DNA from: Chrysomallon squamiferum
Taxonomy: Eukaryota > Animalia > Mollusca
Length of the DNA: 64,000 bases
Reading direction: 5' to 3'
NCBI GenBank assembly: GCA_012295275.1
Contig: CM022665.1
Coordinates: forward strand, 24,676,001-24,740,000
Numbering within the stretch: the stretch's first letter is position 1; each line of letters opens with the position of its first letter. Shown here one piece after another: positions 38,288 through 53,000 of the stretch. Under the pieces are notes generated by a model. That model was not told the DNA's origin. It saw nothing but the letters and a program-made list of their open reading frames with translations, and did not search any database. A program made the position numbers and the translations under genes.

Positions 38288-38289
<2 letters not shown>

Positions 38290-38370
<81 letters not shown>
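38290..38370. repeat. (CT)n microsatellite
   Basis: Seen directly. Confidence 0.97.
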
Positions 38371-38372
<2 letters not shown>

Positions 38373-38786
38373 GCATACCAGCACATACACAGCTAAATGA
38401 TATGGTAACAAAAAAATAGTGGATATATCGAATCTCAAAATATATATTTATACTCTGTAAACAGTTTCTGTCTGTACATTTGAATAGGACTGAAATTAAA
38501 ATTTAGAAAGAAGCATCTGTTCATAGTTTCTCAATCTGTCACATCATTAGACTGATATCCTCCTCAGTTTCCACGTTAACAAACGCCAATACAGGACGAA
38601 AAAAACAGTTGTGTCGTTTGACTATTGACTAGTAGATACCATCTGAGTGCTATGCTTTATGAATTTATTCATTGGTTCAAAACGAATGAAGAAACAGACT
38701 AACGTACCTAACTTTTAATGTGTATGCACTTTGAAAAGTTTTGCGCCGCATTGGATATTAGGTACAGATATTAATGAAATACATAA

Positions 38787-39493
38787 TGACCGAGCTCGTA
38801 TCTCAATTTTCTCGTATATCAAATCAATTTTCCAAACTGAAATTAATTGAAATAGCATTAATCAGTTCCAGCCCCCCAAAACCGCCACATTAATTATTAT
38901 TATTATTATTATTTTTTTTTTTTGGTAACGTGTTTTTAAATAAGAAAAATGTATTTATAAATGACAAATATTGTATAAAAACAAAATAAAAGAGAATGTG
39001 AAGAAATTAAATTGGTTTTATAAAGTGTATTTATCTTAGAGATCAGACAAATTATTTTAACGCCTTTGGCTGGAGTTACAGCCTTTATCGACTTCTTCAG
39101 CTTCAGTATGGTATATATCGTAGAAGTACTACGCTTACCCACTCATGTTTTTCTATGAATTGAAGCTCTAATTCAATGGACATCATCCGTTTTTTCTTCT
39201 CAGCACTGTCCTTTGCACTCACTTTCTTAGGATCCATGGCCAGAAAAAAGAAATTTGGCAAAATACAGCACAAAACGCGAACACAACACAACAGAGATGC
39301 TTCCGCGGCGAGGTAACCACGTGAAGTAAACGAGTGAGACGCTGGATTTTGTTCGTTGCGCCATCTAGCGGCGGCATATCTGAAGCTCTCTCCTAACTCG
39401 GATTTTTGCTCGTAACTCAAAGCAAAAAATCGCGACTGCTCGTAACTCGATAAAACTCGTAAGATGGGACACTCGTAAGTCGAGGTACCACTG
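38787..39493 (-). mobile_element. Internally deleted Tigger/pogo DNA transposon
   Basis: Minus-strand 5' end TA|CAGTGGTACCTCGACTTACGAG (TIR, ends at 39493) with CTCGTA subterminal repeats. Transposase start at 39237, MDPKKVSAKDSAEKKKRMMSIELELQFIEKHE, fits the CENP-B/psq-type N-terminus. CTCGTA repeats recur near 38795-38815; the other TIR is eroded. Confidence 0.8.
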
Positions 39494-39559
39494 TATGTAT
39501 ATATATATATATATTATTTATTATTTTCATTTTGAAAAGCTTGAGTCTTACTTAATACT

Positions 39560-39567
39560 CTTTGTTG

Positions 39568-39642
<75 letters not shown>

Positions 39643-39871
39643 CATATTTTTGAAGAGAGACATATCATCTTGTTATTTTGACTTTGGAAACCTTAAAAAT
39701 GTACAGAAAAAATCCAACAACTGCTGGCGATGACGATAATAATAATAATAATACTGTAATGATACCATTGCTACTGTTGCTACTACTGCTACTACTATTA
39801 CACACATACATATTCACATACACGCAATCACAAACACACATACATACATACATAGATACATACATACATAG

Positions 39872-39902
<31 letters not shown>

Positions 39903-40170
39903 CATAGATACATACATACATACATATATACATAGATACATACATACATATATACATAGATACATACATATATACATACATACAGGAACACAGATATACA
40001 TACACACATATATACATACAAAGATACTACTGTATTGTCCTGATATAGTGTAGTATGTACATATGTTTAAAAAAAGTATCACTGAGGAAATTAAAAACTG
40101 ATTTGCAAGAACACACACGCACGCACACCCACACACAGACACAGACACACACACACACCTACACACACGC
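39560..40170. repeat. Compound microsatellite block (ATT)n, (CTA)n, (ATAC/ATAG)n, (CA)n
   Basis: Seen directly; explains the spurious YVCM-type ORFs. Confidence 0.93.
40021..40125. repeat. Dispersed ~100-bp repeat with CA tail, copy 1
   Basis: AAGATACTACTGT.TTGTCC.GATA.AGTGTA...GAAATTAAAAACTGATTTGCAAGAA(CA)n; second copy at 62119-62246. Confidence 0.8.
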
Positions 40171-41899
40171 ACACAATGTCCAGGTCTCGCCACTAACCAC
40201 ATCAGAGGCTTGGTCGGAGATGAACACGTCTGAAACTTAATTAGATTTTGGCACGTAAACGGAGTTTGATATTGGATGGGTATTGGAAAATAATTTGTTG
40301 TTATTCGCAATCCAAATAGCTTGAATTTGTTTTAACGGCTTTTTCCCCTTCTACTCAGCCAAGACAATTTTCTGTTTTTATTGGCCATCAAACCACTAAC
40401 AGTTTGTATTTGGATGGTTATATAGTTCATTTCTCTTCGTTTAGCAATCACTGAAGAAAGAAAGAAAAAAAGAGATTCGATGTTTAAGCTTCATTTAATG
40501 CATACACGAAGACACTAGAGTTTCTAACACTCTGTTATTTGCTGAATTTTGTTATTAGTGTCAAATCGAAATTATCCGCAGTCTCTTCTCTTTCTTGGTA
40601 ATCACAAATGACAACTTTTGAAACGAGAAGATGAAACTCATTTTCATCGTCATGATTAGGAATCGGTTGTACCAGGTTTTATTAAAAAAAGTTATAAATG
40701 TAACTATCATTTACATCTTATTCGCAAAGCTTACTCTTACTTAAGTTTATTTTTAAAATAAAAACAAATCTCTCTCTTTCTCTCTTTCACACTGTCTGTC
40801 TCTCTTTCTCTATCTCTTCCTTTTACACAAATTACACATGTGCATACTTACACCCATTAGAAATCCAGATTGAAAGACTATCGAAATAAATTGTTTTGCT
40901 GCTACATAGTAGATCAATACATTGGTTTGTTAAAAGTTGTGGCTTTGGATATATAATTAAAAGATGCTTTCTGTAAAATCATTAATGGTATGGAATGACA
41001 ACTTTTTTCTTTTTTTCATCTTTATGCACATATTCAATACATAAATACATATATGCACAAACACAAACACACACATACATGCAGGCATGCATATGTACAC
41101 ACACACACACACACACCTATATATACAGCCATGACAATTTTAATAAAGAACTGTTGGTGTGTCGGTTCGCATAAACAACATTATATTAATAAACTCTTCA
41201 AAGTATCAGTTTTATTTTTATCATGGAAACCAGCGTAATCACATTTAACTTTGATATATAAGCTTGGTCCTATTTCTGGTCTGGTTAATCGATTCTTGCG
41301 AATAACATGTGTGCGAGATTTTGCCGAGGTGTTTGTTTTTACAACTGTCACAGTAAAACATCTAAAATGTTTTAGACTCTAACAGAATTATTCCGAAAGG
41401 AGAGTTAATACTAAACGACAAGCCATTTCACACATTAATAGGGAAAGGGAAAAACAAAATCACACTGCACGAACTACCATACAGATGTTCTCTCACAAAG
41501 ATCAGTGGTGAATTCAGAGGTGATCTTAGGGAGAATCAAAACCTGCACTTAAATACAGTTTATGTATAATTATGTAGAGCTCTATTAATTTTATTTTTAT
41601 TATAAGGATTTTATATCATCATGTGCAGCTCTGTTAATTTTATGTTCCTCTGTATTTGTTTTCCTCAAGAATATTTATTATCTCTTACAGAGGATTTCGA
41701 ATGAGTTGTGGTTGATCTGTACAGTAAAGTAATATTTGTATTGTATTACATATTATTATTTCCTCTTCAATCACGTAAAAATTAAAGGTTTAATTTGTAT
41801 TAATAATAAATCTAACCAATAAAATTGTGCATGTTGCAATTTTTATCATTTAATGTCATCAATAACTGCACGTAGTGTTAAAACATTAAATATCATTTA

Positions 41900-41957
<58 letters not shown>

Positions 41958-43522
41958 CTGCCAATTTAAAAATCCTGTGCATGTTGCAATTTTGTAAAGC
42001 TTTATAATGTCATAAATCTAACTGCAGCGTAGTGTTAGTTCACAAATATCATTACTAGTATTGCTACCAAATACTTGTAATTATAAGTATTGCTAAATCT
42101 GCCACCATTGCAGCGTAGTGTTAGTTACTACTACTACTACCTCTTCTTGTAATTTTAATGATACATAATAATAATAATAATAAAATTTTAAAAAATCGTA
42201 CGGATTTAAAAAACAACAACAAAAAAAATCACTTGATTCAGCCCCCTCCCAACAAACAATTCTATATCCACCCCTGTGACATCTTTTTCGTTTCTTTTGC
42301 TTCTCAGTTTACGTTTTGAAATAGTCTTGCTTTCCTACATAAGGGAATTGATAAATTATTTATTCTGAATGGAGTACCGACGAAGCAAATAATAGAAGAA
42401 AAAAGCATATTAATATCTCTGTTAGATAAAAGAAAAAAAAAGAAAAAAAATTCTCCGTCGTGTAGGCTGTTGTAAATGAAGTCTGAACATAACAATGCCT
42501 TTAAAACGAAGACAGCGTTGATGTTGTAACAGAAAAATGAAGTAGGAAACAAGATATGTTTTAATTAGTTAACGCTAGGGAGAGAAAAAAGAAAGGGACA
42601 GATTTAAAGACAGTTTCAATCTGACGACAAATGTCAAAGTTTTAGAGTAAATTTGCTGTATCTAAGTTAATATTTATTTTGGTTAAAAGAAGGTAAGTTT
42701 GTGTTAACAAAGTATTTGTAGCAGAATGATGGGTTTGTTTAAAACGACGGAAAAAGATACGGCAGACGTCCTTTGATTAAAACGTCTTTAATTACATTTA
42801 CCATGAATATGTCAGAGATAAGTAATAACAGCGTGTATTTACATTATATTTTATTGTATACTTTTGAAATAAATTAAGCTGATTTTAATTATTTCATACG
42901 CTTTGGGTATACATAATTTACAATCATTATTGCAAATGATTTAGGTATTTTTGAAATAATAATGGCTATTGCTTTAAAAGTGTCTTCTTAAAATTAATTA
43001 ATTTTTTTTTTTTTTTTTTTTTATGATGGGACTTAATAAAATAAACATATATCCTCATCTATTATTATTATTATTATTATTATTTTTTTGGAGCCGAATT
43101 TATAATTATTGGAAATCCCGTAATGACAGAGAACATACTAATATTTGTGTTGTAACCAAGCACAATTGAAACGCAACGAAAAAGTCATTCATAGTACAAC
43201 AAGAAGAAAACAAAATTCAGTAACATATATTGATGTAATAGTATACAATTTATTCACAACTAACACGTGCTGTGGATTCTTCTGACGCTGTATTTCAGAA
43301 GCCAAGTTTCTCGTCTACGTTTTATTACGCTGAGATGAATTCAGTTTGTGAAGCACAAAACGTGTGAAGTAATTATCATTAACTGGCTTAACAGTTTATA
43401 GATGTGTAACTGTGCAGAATTTTAGTTATAATTTTTGTCTCAGCCACAATGTCCCACAGATGTTACCACTGGAAATACGACAGGCTTGATAATATCATAT
43501 TTTGTTAATTTTAAACCAACAA

Positions 43523-43562
<40 letters not shown>

Positions 43563-43831
43563 AAGAAAAAAGATTGAACTACTGCTGCTCTCTGTTTAAA
43601 TGTTATAGTGTTAGTATTTGTAAGTAATGGTGTATCTGTTTGTTTATGGATATAAATATATGTGTGTGTGTGGGGGCAAAAATCTTTATAATCCATTAAA
43701 ATACTATAGAATAAACCTATATTCTCTACAATGTTTAAATTTTAAGATTACAGTCAACTAATTAATCGATTTTTGAGACGCACTTAATCAAATGGAAAAT
43801 CATTGTCACTTACGAGTTGCAACTGAAGAAA

Positions 43832-43869
<38 letters not shown>

Positions 43870-44030
43870 GTTAAAATAATTATTCATTTTCGCGAACGCC
43901 TTTTTCTTGTAATAAAGTTATTATAATAAGAAGATTGCACTTGTGGACAGATGATAATTTTGAAAATTATTATAATTGCACCTAATGCCACTGAAACACC
44001 TGCACAGGTATATTTATTTATAACAGGGAA

Positions 44031-44119
44031 AGAAAACTTGTGTTTTGTCTTACAAAGCCTTGGGTCGTGTATTTTAACCTACACAGTTGAGGCTTTGTAA
44101 GACAAAACACAAGTTTTCT
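44031..44119. repeat. Perfect 30-bp inverted repeat (hairpin)
   Basis: AGAAAACTTGTGTTTTGTCTTACAAAGCCT (44031-44060) and its exact reverse complement (44090-44119), 29-nt spacer. Confidence 0.95.
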
Positions 44120-44184
44120 AGAAATCTACTTGTCAAAAGATTACATGTCAATAAAACCTCTGTCTAGTATTTAAAATAGAGCTA

Positions 44185-44246
44185 AAAAAAAAAAATTAAA
44201 AAAAAAAAAAATAAAATAAAATAAAATAAAATAAAATAAAATAAAA

Positions 44247-44277
<31 letters not shown>

Positions 44278-44340
44278 AATAAAATAAAATAAAATAAAAT
44301 AAAATAAAATAAATAATACAAAATAAAAATAAAAATAAAA

Positions 44341-44422
<82 letters not shown>
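44185..44422. repeat. (AAAAT)n/(AAAT)n/(AG)n simple repeats
   Basis: Seen directly. Confidence 0.95.
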
Positions 44423-44424
<2 letters not shown>

Positions 44425-45207
44425 GAACAGAAAATGAATAACTAAAGAAAAAACCTGAAAAACCAAAAAATGTTTTAAATAAATATAAAAAAAGATTTAT
44501 ATAATTAAGTTAGAAAATTAAAAAAAAAAAACAAGGCAAAAACAAACATCAATAACAGGAAAATGTTAAATATTAATTAACGAAAGAAAAGAGAATAATA
44601 AAAAGTGAAAAAGTTACAAGTACTGAAGGAAAAAAAAAAAAAAAGAAAAAAAGGAATATAAGAAGCTGAAGAAGATGAAGAAAAAGATTATTTGCAATAT
44701 TGATTTATTTGTAGGCTGTTGACATAAAACTCCAAAATATATTAATATTAAACCACATGTCAAATTAATATATATTTTTAATTTTTAATATTTTGTTTTG
44801 TTTGTCTAGAATAACAATATAATATGTGCCACCTTCACGATGTTTTTTCCCAAGCCGATACTTTTTTAAATTTAAAATAGTTTTTCAAATATACTGTACA
44901 ATAGAACACGTTAAATTAAAAAAAAAAAATAATAATAATAATAAAAAAAAATAACGACACATAAATCATTTTCTGATATCCTCTTACAGTTTCTTATTAC
45001 TTTTGTTTTAAAATTTGTCTCAGAATAATCATCAGTCCAAATGATCTTGTTATCATCGTCAACAAAAATAATAAATAAATAGAACACAGTACAATACAGT
45101 ACAGTACAATACAGCATAATGCACTGTAATACACTGTACTACATTACGATACGATACAATAAGGAATGATATAATATGATATAATGCAATGACACCGACT
45201 TTCATGC

Positions 45208-46070
45208 AGTACAATAAATAGAATATAAAACAGTACTGTAGAGTACAATACAATAAATAGAATATAAAACAGTACTGTGGAGTACAATACAATAAATAGA
45301 ATATAAAACAGTACTGTGGAGTACAATACAATAAACAGAATATAAAACAGTACTGTGGAGTACAATACAATAAATAGAATATAATACAGTACTGTAGAGT
45401 ACAATACAATAAACAGAATATAATACAGTACTGTGGAGTACAATACAATAAACAGAATATAAAACAGTACTGTGGAGTACAATACAATAAACAGAATATA
45501 AAACAGTACTGTGGAGTACAATACAATAAACAGAAATAAAACATATACAATACAATAAACAGAATATAAAACAGTACTGTGGAGTACAATACAATAAACA
45601 GAATATAATACAGTACTGTGGAGTACAATACAATAAACAGAATATAAAACAGTACTGTGGAGTACAATACAATAAACAGAATATAATACAGTACTGTGGA
45701 GTACAATACAATAAACAGAATATAATACAGTACTGTGGAGTACAATACAATAAACAGAATATAAAACAGTACTGTGGAGTACAATACAGTAAACACCATA
45801 TAATAACGTACTGTAGAGTACAATACAATAAACACCGTATAATACAGTACTGTAGAGTACAATACAGTAAACACCATATAATAACGTACTGTAGAGTACA
45901 ATACAATAACTACGATATAATACAGTACTCTGGAGTACAATATAATGAATACAGTATAATTCAGTACTCTAGAGTACAATACAATAAACACGATATAATA
46001 TAGTATTGTACAGTACAATACAACAAACACCTTATAATTCAATACTGTAGAGTACAGTACAATAAACACC
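45208..46070. repeat. 39-bp minisatellite, about 22 copies
   Basis: Unit ACAGTACTGTGGAGTACAATACAATAAACAGAATATAAA; spurious ORFs show a 13-aa period (VLYSTVLFYILFI). Confidence 0.96.
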
Positions 46071-46296
46071 ACATAAGACAGAATCTACAAAAATCATATA
46101 ATCTAAAAACAATGGAAAATTTAAACATGAACATATCAACTGGAGATAATAATAAAATATTAGTTATACACATAATTATTTGCATAGCAAGTCGGTATGA
46201 CAACACGATACGTCTTCTTCATTCTGATGCTGTTTTTATTGTTACAGTACACAGGCATATTTAGTCATATTCAGCTATCGCTTAAGCAGAAAAATA

Positions 46297-46330
<34 letters not shown>

Positions 46331-47290
46331 AAAAACTGAAATAAATTAATTAATAAAAACAATTTCAAGCCCTCCCCTCAAAAGTCTGCAATAGATTTAA
46401 AGTCATATAATATACGCTCTCAGTGTAAATTATCCGTTTTGAACAGCTGTATATGTTTAATTCGTTACTAAAGAAACAATACAGAAAACTGCAACTGCAG
46501 TTTGAAAAACAAGCATGTACAATTTAAGGAAATTTTATAAAAGATACTTTTATATATATATATATATATATATAAATATACATAAATATTACATAAGGTT
46601 TTTTTAAGAATTCTTATAATTGTTAGAAGTAAGTTTATAGTTGTTGTGTCGGTTGATTTTATTATTATTTTTGTTATTGCCATTGTTGTTGTTGCTGCAG
46701 TTATTATTATTATTTATTATTATTATTAATGGGTGAATGGTTTAAATCAAAGAATTGGCAATAGAACTGTTTTTAGATCACTCTAGATTTGAAAATGGCG
46801 ACCATTTTCCAGCATGGTCACATCTGGCACGTACAGTTCAAGGCTTCGTAATAAAAAATTTATTGAATTTTGGATCAAAGACATTTTAATTACGATATAA
46901 ACATACTGAAGTCGTTATGCTTAAAAAAAATTCAGTACGTTATGCTATCACGTCCAATTTTTTGTAGATGTATCAAATAAAAAAACAATAAATAAATATC
47001 TATATAAATATATATTTTATATTTTTAATAAAACTGTAAAGAATAAAAAAAAATAAAAAAATAAAAAAATCTAATTAAAATTTGAAAATGGTAGCTATTT
47101 AACTCGACCCACCGGTAATAGGTCGTTTCGTAACTACACGTGATCGTACAGTATCATTTCGTACCGGTGCTATATATGTTTTTGACCCATTATTTTTATT
47201 CTAAGAGTTCCTATGAAAGTATTCTAGAGTTTTCGTGTTCGTCCAGTTAGGTGATTACTCATTTACTCATAATGTCTGCTTGTGTGTGTA

Positions 47291-47345
<55 letters not shown>

Positions 47346-48034
47346 ATGTGTATTATTTGTATATATGTGTGTGTGTGTGTGTGTGTGCATGTATGTCTGT
47401 ATATATGAAATATATATATATGTATATAAACAAGAATAAGGTGACAGCAATGAAATCATGTGACATGTGTCTAAGTAAATGAAATATAATAATAAATATA
47501 TAAAAACGCGAAGAAGGTTTATATTTACTTTGATACTAACAAGTGAAAAAAACCTGCTGTTACTATGAACAGTGGACTGCTGAATTCCAATAACATTCGC
47601 CTCTAGTCATATATATATATATATATATATAGCAGATATTTTAATTAACTCTACCGGAAAGCAGTTTTATTATTTTTGATGACCGTATAGTGAAATTTAT
47701 AATAACCTTTTGTTTTCTGATTATTGTTTCCTTGTGTTAAAACAGAGATTATACACGAAAATCGGTAATATTTGAGATACTAAAGATTAAAACGACTGCG
47801 GGGAAAGTTTGGCCGGACAGAATAAAAACCTGATCTAATTAAATTTACAAGCCATAAATATCTGAAAACGAGCACGATGTACGTTGTCTTTCATTTGAAA
47901 AGGTTCATATAAACATAAAAATACTAAATAGCTATTAATAAGTCAGGATTTTTTCTTTCATTTACTACTGTATAAAAATACTCTTCAAAAATAATAAATG
48001 AAATGAATGAAATTTACCAAAAACAATAAAATAA

Positions 48035-48076
<42 letters not shown>

Positions 48077-48968
48077 TTAAATTAAAAATAAAATAAAATA
48101 AAATAAAATAAAATAAAATAAAATAAAATAAAATAAAATAATTAAGTACTGGATGATTTTTTAAGCTACATTTGTAAGTCCTATTTCTTTCTAACAGAAC
48201 AACAGCATATAAGATTAAATTTGTAATCCGGATAATACCTAGAGATTTTGAACGTGAGACAATTTGCTTATTAAAATGGATAATACAATATTTGTCGGAT
48301 TCTAATGGCATCAGTGTCCTTGCTGGGAAGTGAACTGGCTTATTTTTAATACTACTATCGTTACCAAGGTTACCACTCTTATCCAACGCCGTAACATAAA
48401 ACGAGATGACAGTGGTATAGCATGACATTTGAAATACTGTTTGAAGAACGATATTTTATTTTCTGTTGAAAATTTATATATAAATATTTTATTAGCAATA
48501 TCCGAGAGACTTGTCAGGCAATTTCCTTTCTTGACCACTGAGAGTGAGATCTGAAAATCACTGATTTAAAACATTGCTAAGATACAGTTACACAGTTCAT
48601 TTCAAGTTTAGAAATAATCACACACATTAATAAAAACTGTTTTGCTTTGACACCATGTTTTTTTTCTGGCATTCGACTAACTTGTTTCCACCTCCACACT
48701 TTGTTTTGTTTTTTTATTACAGGTTTAACAAGCCAAATGTTGTATTGTATAAAGCACGTGTTTAATCATGTATTGCAGAGAAAAGTCACAAAGAAATAAC
48801 ATACAGTTCAGTATAGTACTAAGAACAAGTTTAGAATCAAGTAATCCATGGCGAAGGATATTGTGTTATGTTTTGTTTTTATGATCATTCCAAGATTATT
48901 TATAAAACATTTTATTATTATAATTATTATTATTATTATTTGATGGAGATACAAGTCACTACCACTCG

Positions 48969-49003
<35 letters not shown>

Positions 49004-49964
49004 AAAATAAATAAATAAAATTAAAAATTAAAAATTAAAATAATATTAACTAAATAAAAAGATTATAAAATAAAATAATAAAAAAAAAAGAAGAAAAAAG
49101 CAAAGAATGTTAAGACAAAAAATAAAATAAATGTGTATTGTAATGTATTGTAATGCGTCCCAACGACCGTTTCTGCTTGAAGGAAAATAAAAATTAAGGC
49201 TAGATTTATAAAACAACGTTTTTTGTTTGTTTGTCTATAATCCAGTTCTAGTAATGGTGCAGTGGGCGCGTAAAAGGAAACAGAAACAACATCGATCGGG
49301 CTATAAAAAGAAAAAGGATTCTACTGACTTGATAACGATCCCGTTAACAGACACAATAGAAATAATAGGTTGAAATTATAAGCTACGATTTGTGAGTTAC
49401 TCTCGAGATTCCTTGTTTTAGACTAATAATGTAATTCATGTTTTCATACATTTAATTTAGATCCGTTCCGACAGAATTATCGGGTTTTTTGTTGGTTTTT
49501 CTAAAATATTTTTTGCTTCTTCTGTTTGTGATAGATGTTCATGCAAACAAATAATTGATCATGACGGAAATGTTTCGTTAAGTTCTTTCGATCGTATTCG
49601 CTAAGTGATGACGTCTTCCTAATTCATGGTCATGCCTATTTCAGTCATTCTTCAATTAACACTGGTAAATAGTGGGAGTAGGCTTTGCGGTGGGTTGAAG
49701 GATGGGCTGCTATGATTTATGTGTGTGGCTTCAAGCGATATTTGAAAACAAAACTGGTCAAGAACATATTTTCCCTGGAGAATCCAGAAGCAAAAAAAAA
49801 AAAAAATAATAATAATAATATATATACATATGACGTTTTCCACTTCAACTCGTTGAACCAGAAGTTCACAATAGTGCGATTTCCAATTATATAACTGGAA
49901 AATAACTCTTCCGCAGTAATTAAATTATCCTTCTTAATAAACAGAAAGGTAGAGAGACAGAAAG

Positions 49965-50029
<65 letters not shown>

Positions 50030-53000
50030 AAATAAAACAAAAAGAAGAAAATAATCAATTATAACTTTTAATCTTTAAATCCTTTCTCTGAAAACGATAT
50101 GATAAATTTTCGCATGTGAACGTAAGAAAATAATCCATCGCTTTCCATCAAAATAAATTAAACTAAATGTCTGTGTTTTTCTGCCACATTTTATTGGACA
50201 GAGACTATGAGAATTAGAAACTCTTTGATCAAGCGTGGGTGTTTGCGTTCACATTGTTACGAGCTAACGGTACTCTAATTTTTAAACTATCTGACTGGTT
50301 GTCGAGAAAACGTAACAATAACAGTTTACTGCGTCTTCAACCTGTTTAGTGAAAAGTATCTAAATTATTCTACATTACAGTGAAAATAGCACTGATTTAC
50401 CGAGTATCCTTGAAAAAAGAAAAGAAAAAAAAAAGAGCGCGTAGATTTTGAAGATTTTGGAGTCTTTGAAACCTTATTAAATCAGTTGTATAGATTCATA
50501 ATTAGCATATTATTCTCATTTCCAATTCTTTCCCTATCTATTTTAAGACATTTGATTTTGATATTCGTGAAATCATTACCACCACCTGAAGATAATCAGA
50601 AGTATGCAAAAAAAAAAAAAGATTAATTTAAAACCGATGCCCATGGCGTACATGTCAACATGATGAACAGGTGAACCTAACTTTTGAGTAAATTTTCTGC
50701 GTTTCCTTCTTAATTATTTTAAAAATACATTTTGTTATATAACGCCCACAAATATTGTTTTCATAAAAGAATAAAAGTGTTTGCTATCACCATAATTATA
50801 TCAGTATAAAATAATAATATCATTGTATAATGCATCCTTTATCTCACTGAAAATATCCTATATCGAAATTTATATCAAATGCTGAATTTGCAGATATCGT
50901 ATGAATATTTAATTGTAAGCTTTTCCCACGTGTCTAGCATCAGTATTTAATTACAGAATAATTACTGATATTCGTTAGACAAGGAAAACAAAACTAATGA
51001 GTTCAACTTTTAGTACACACTCACGCAATGGTTATGTGACTTGTAATTACTGGACTGATATTACAGTACCAGTGTAAAGTCGTAATTAATACTGTAAAGA
51101 TGTATGTATATTATCTGTTATCGCTATAATCATGTATTAAATATCTGCTAATTCACGAATTACGTGTGATAAAAATAAAATTTTGTTTCATTTCTAATTA
51201 ATAATAATGATACATTTGAAAATATCATGTTTGTCATATATTTACGTATGTTCTGAAAATAGAAACGAAGACATTATAGAAAGTATGTAGTGAAAAGTTC
51301 TTAAATATAAAAAAGCGAAATATATTTGTAAAATCATTAAGACGACCATGAATTTCACATAATTCTGATACTAATTGCTTGTCAAAGTACAAATATTAAG
51401 AGAAATGAAAAAAAAAAATATATATATTATTTCCGTTCTAAATTATTATATGTGGTATTCTAATACAGGCAGTAGAATTACGTCTAATAATATGAATTAT
51501 CTGATCTCTGTAGATTGCGGACTAATATGATGGGAGTGGCACAGCCGTAAGCAGTTCCTGTAGAAACAGAATTATGTGGTCAAAGCTTTAATAGTGGTCT
51601 GGGAAGTACTATTCCTTACTGCTGGCTGATACTTGAATTATATTTCCAAGTTCAGACGGTCTCGACATCTATAAACCAAAACAAAACAAAAACAACAAAA
51701 CAAAAAAAAAAAAAAAATAATAAAATTTAAAAAACCCAGATAATGCGTACAGTGAACTAGTATTCTAGGTACCTAGTGTGTAAGCTGATGAAACGAATAA
51801 TAAAATATATACAAAATAAACAGTATAACTGTTTGTAGATTATATCTACAAGAACAGATGCCAACACGTGTTTTTATGAAAATACACACTATTGATATTT
51901 ATAGTGTATGTATAAAATAGGATTACTAATTACATGGTCGTTCAGCCATCATCTAGGGAAACAAGACATTTTGATTTATAACTATCTCTGCTTTTCAGAC
52001 AGCTATTTTGTCACAAACCATAAGGGAATTCGTCATTAGCACACACAGACATTAGTTTCCAGACGACTCACACAATTTTTCGCTTTATTAGGAAATAAAT
52101 ATTTAAACATCATATCTAGCATTCCAGCATACAGATCACAGGAAATAATTTGATAATATATAATAACGTTTTAAGATCGAATAATTTGTTCTTTACATCG
52201 CTTTATGACTGTGACGATAATCTGTGCGGGCAGCAGCGTTATTTTCAAAAAAGCATTATTATTATTTAATTTAATCCATCTGTTTTCAAATAAAACAAAC
52301 GAAAATGTTTTATTAGTTTTGATAATAAGAAAGAATAAAGAAACCAATTTATATGAATATAAATAATATAAACTGATTATACGTGAGAATAATGATTAGT
52401 TTAAACAGCTGTTTTACCATGATAAACATTATTCAACGCTCTGCGTCTAATACGTTTTTTACCAGTAGAAAAATAAGAGCGAGCAGAAAAGAAAGCGTCT
52501 GCTTAATTTAGCATTGGCAACAATCGCGGGCAGCTGTGGGTGACCATTGCTCTAGACATCCGTTTCCTTTGGTATTGATCGTTTTAGCTTTATTGCATTG
52601 AAAATAAATCGCAATGCTTTTGGATTCTATTAGTTATGAAATCAATCACGAACTTCCAGGCAGCGCTTTTAGTTCAGGTAATAGCAGCAAAACGCCAACA
52701 TCGTCACGTGAAAATGGACTTTGTCATCATCAAGTTACATTCAAAGGGATCGCAATGGTCGCTGTCTGCTGCCCTTGTGGATTTAACTTCCGGTTCTGCG
52801 CAGAGGGGGTTCAAATTACAGAGTATGCGTCTAAAACGAGTTTCCATTCATATTTAGTTAGAAATACATTAACAGAATTATGGGCTCCTGTTACTGTGCA
52901 GAGCAGAGGCCAGCTCGAATTTTTCAACAACAAAATTTTGTTTTAAATATATACCCAGATATGGAAATTCCTTAATCTCGACTGCATCATTTGTCCATAT

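Noticed and set aside
45059-46072. 337-aa and overlapping ORFs; CRISPR-like appearance of the array
   Set aside because: Pure 39-bp tandem repeat with no unique spacers and no cas genes in a eukaryotic context; the ORFs are artefacts of a unit length divisible by 3.
37055-47482. Numerous CV/YI/HT/LS-rich ORFs in the supplied track
   Set aside because: Translations of (CA)n, (TA)n, (CT)n and (ATAC)n microsatellites.
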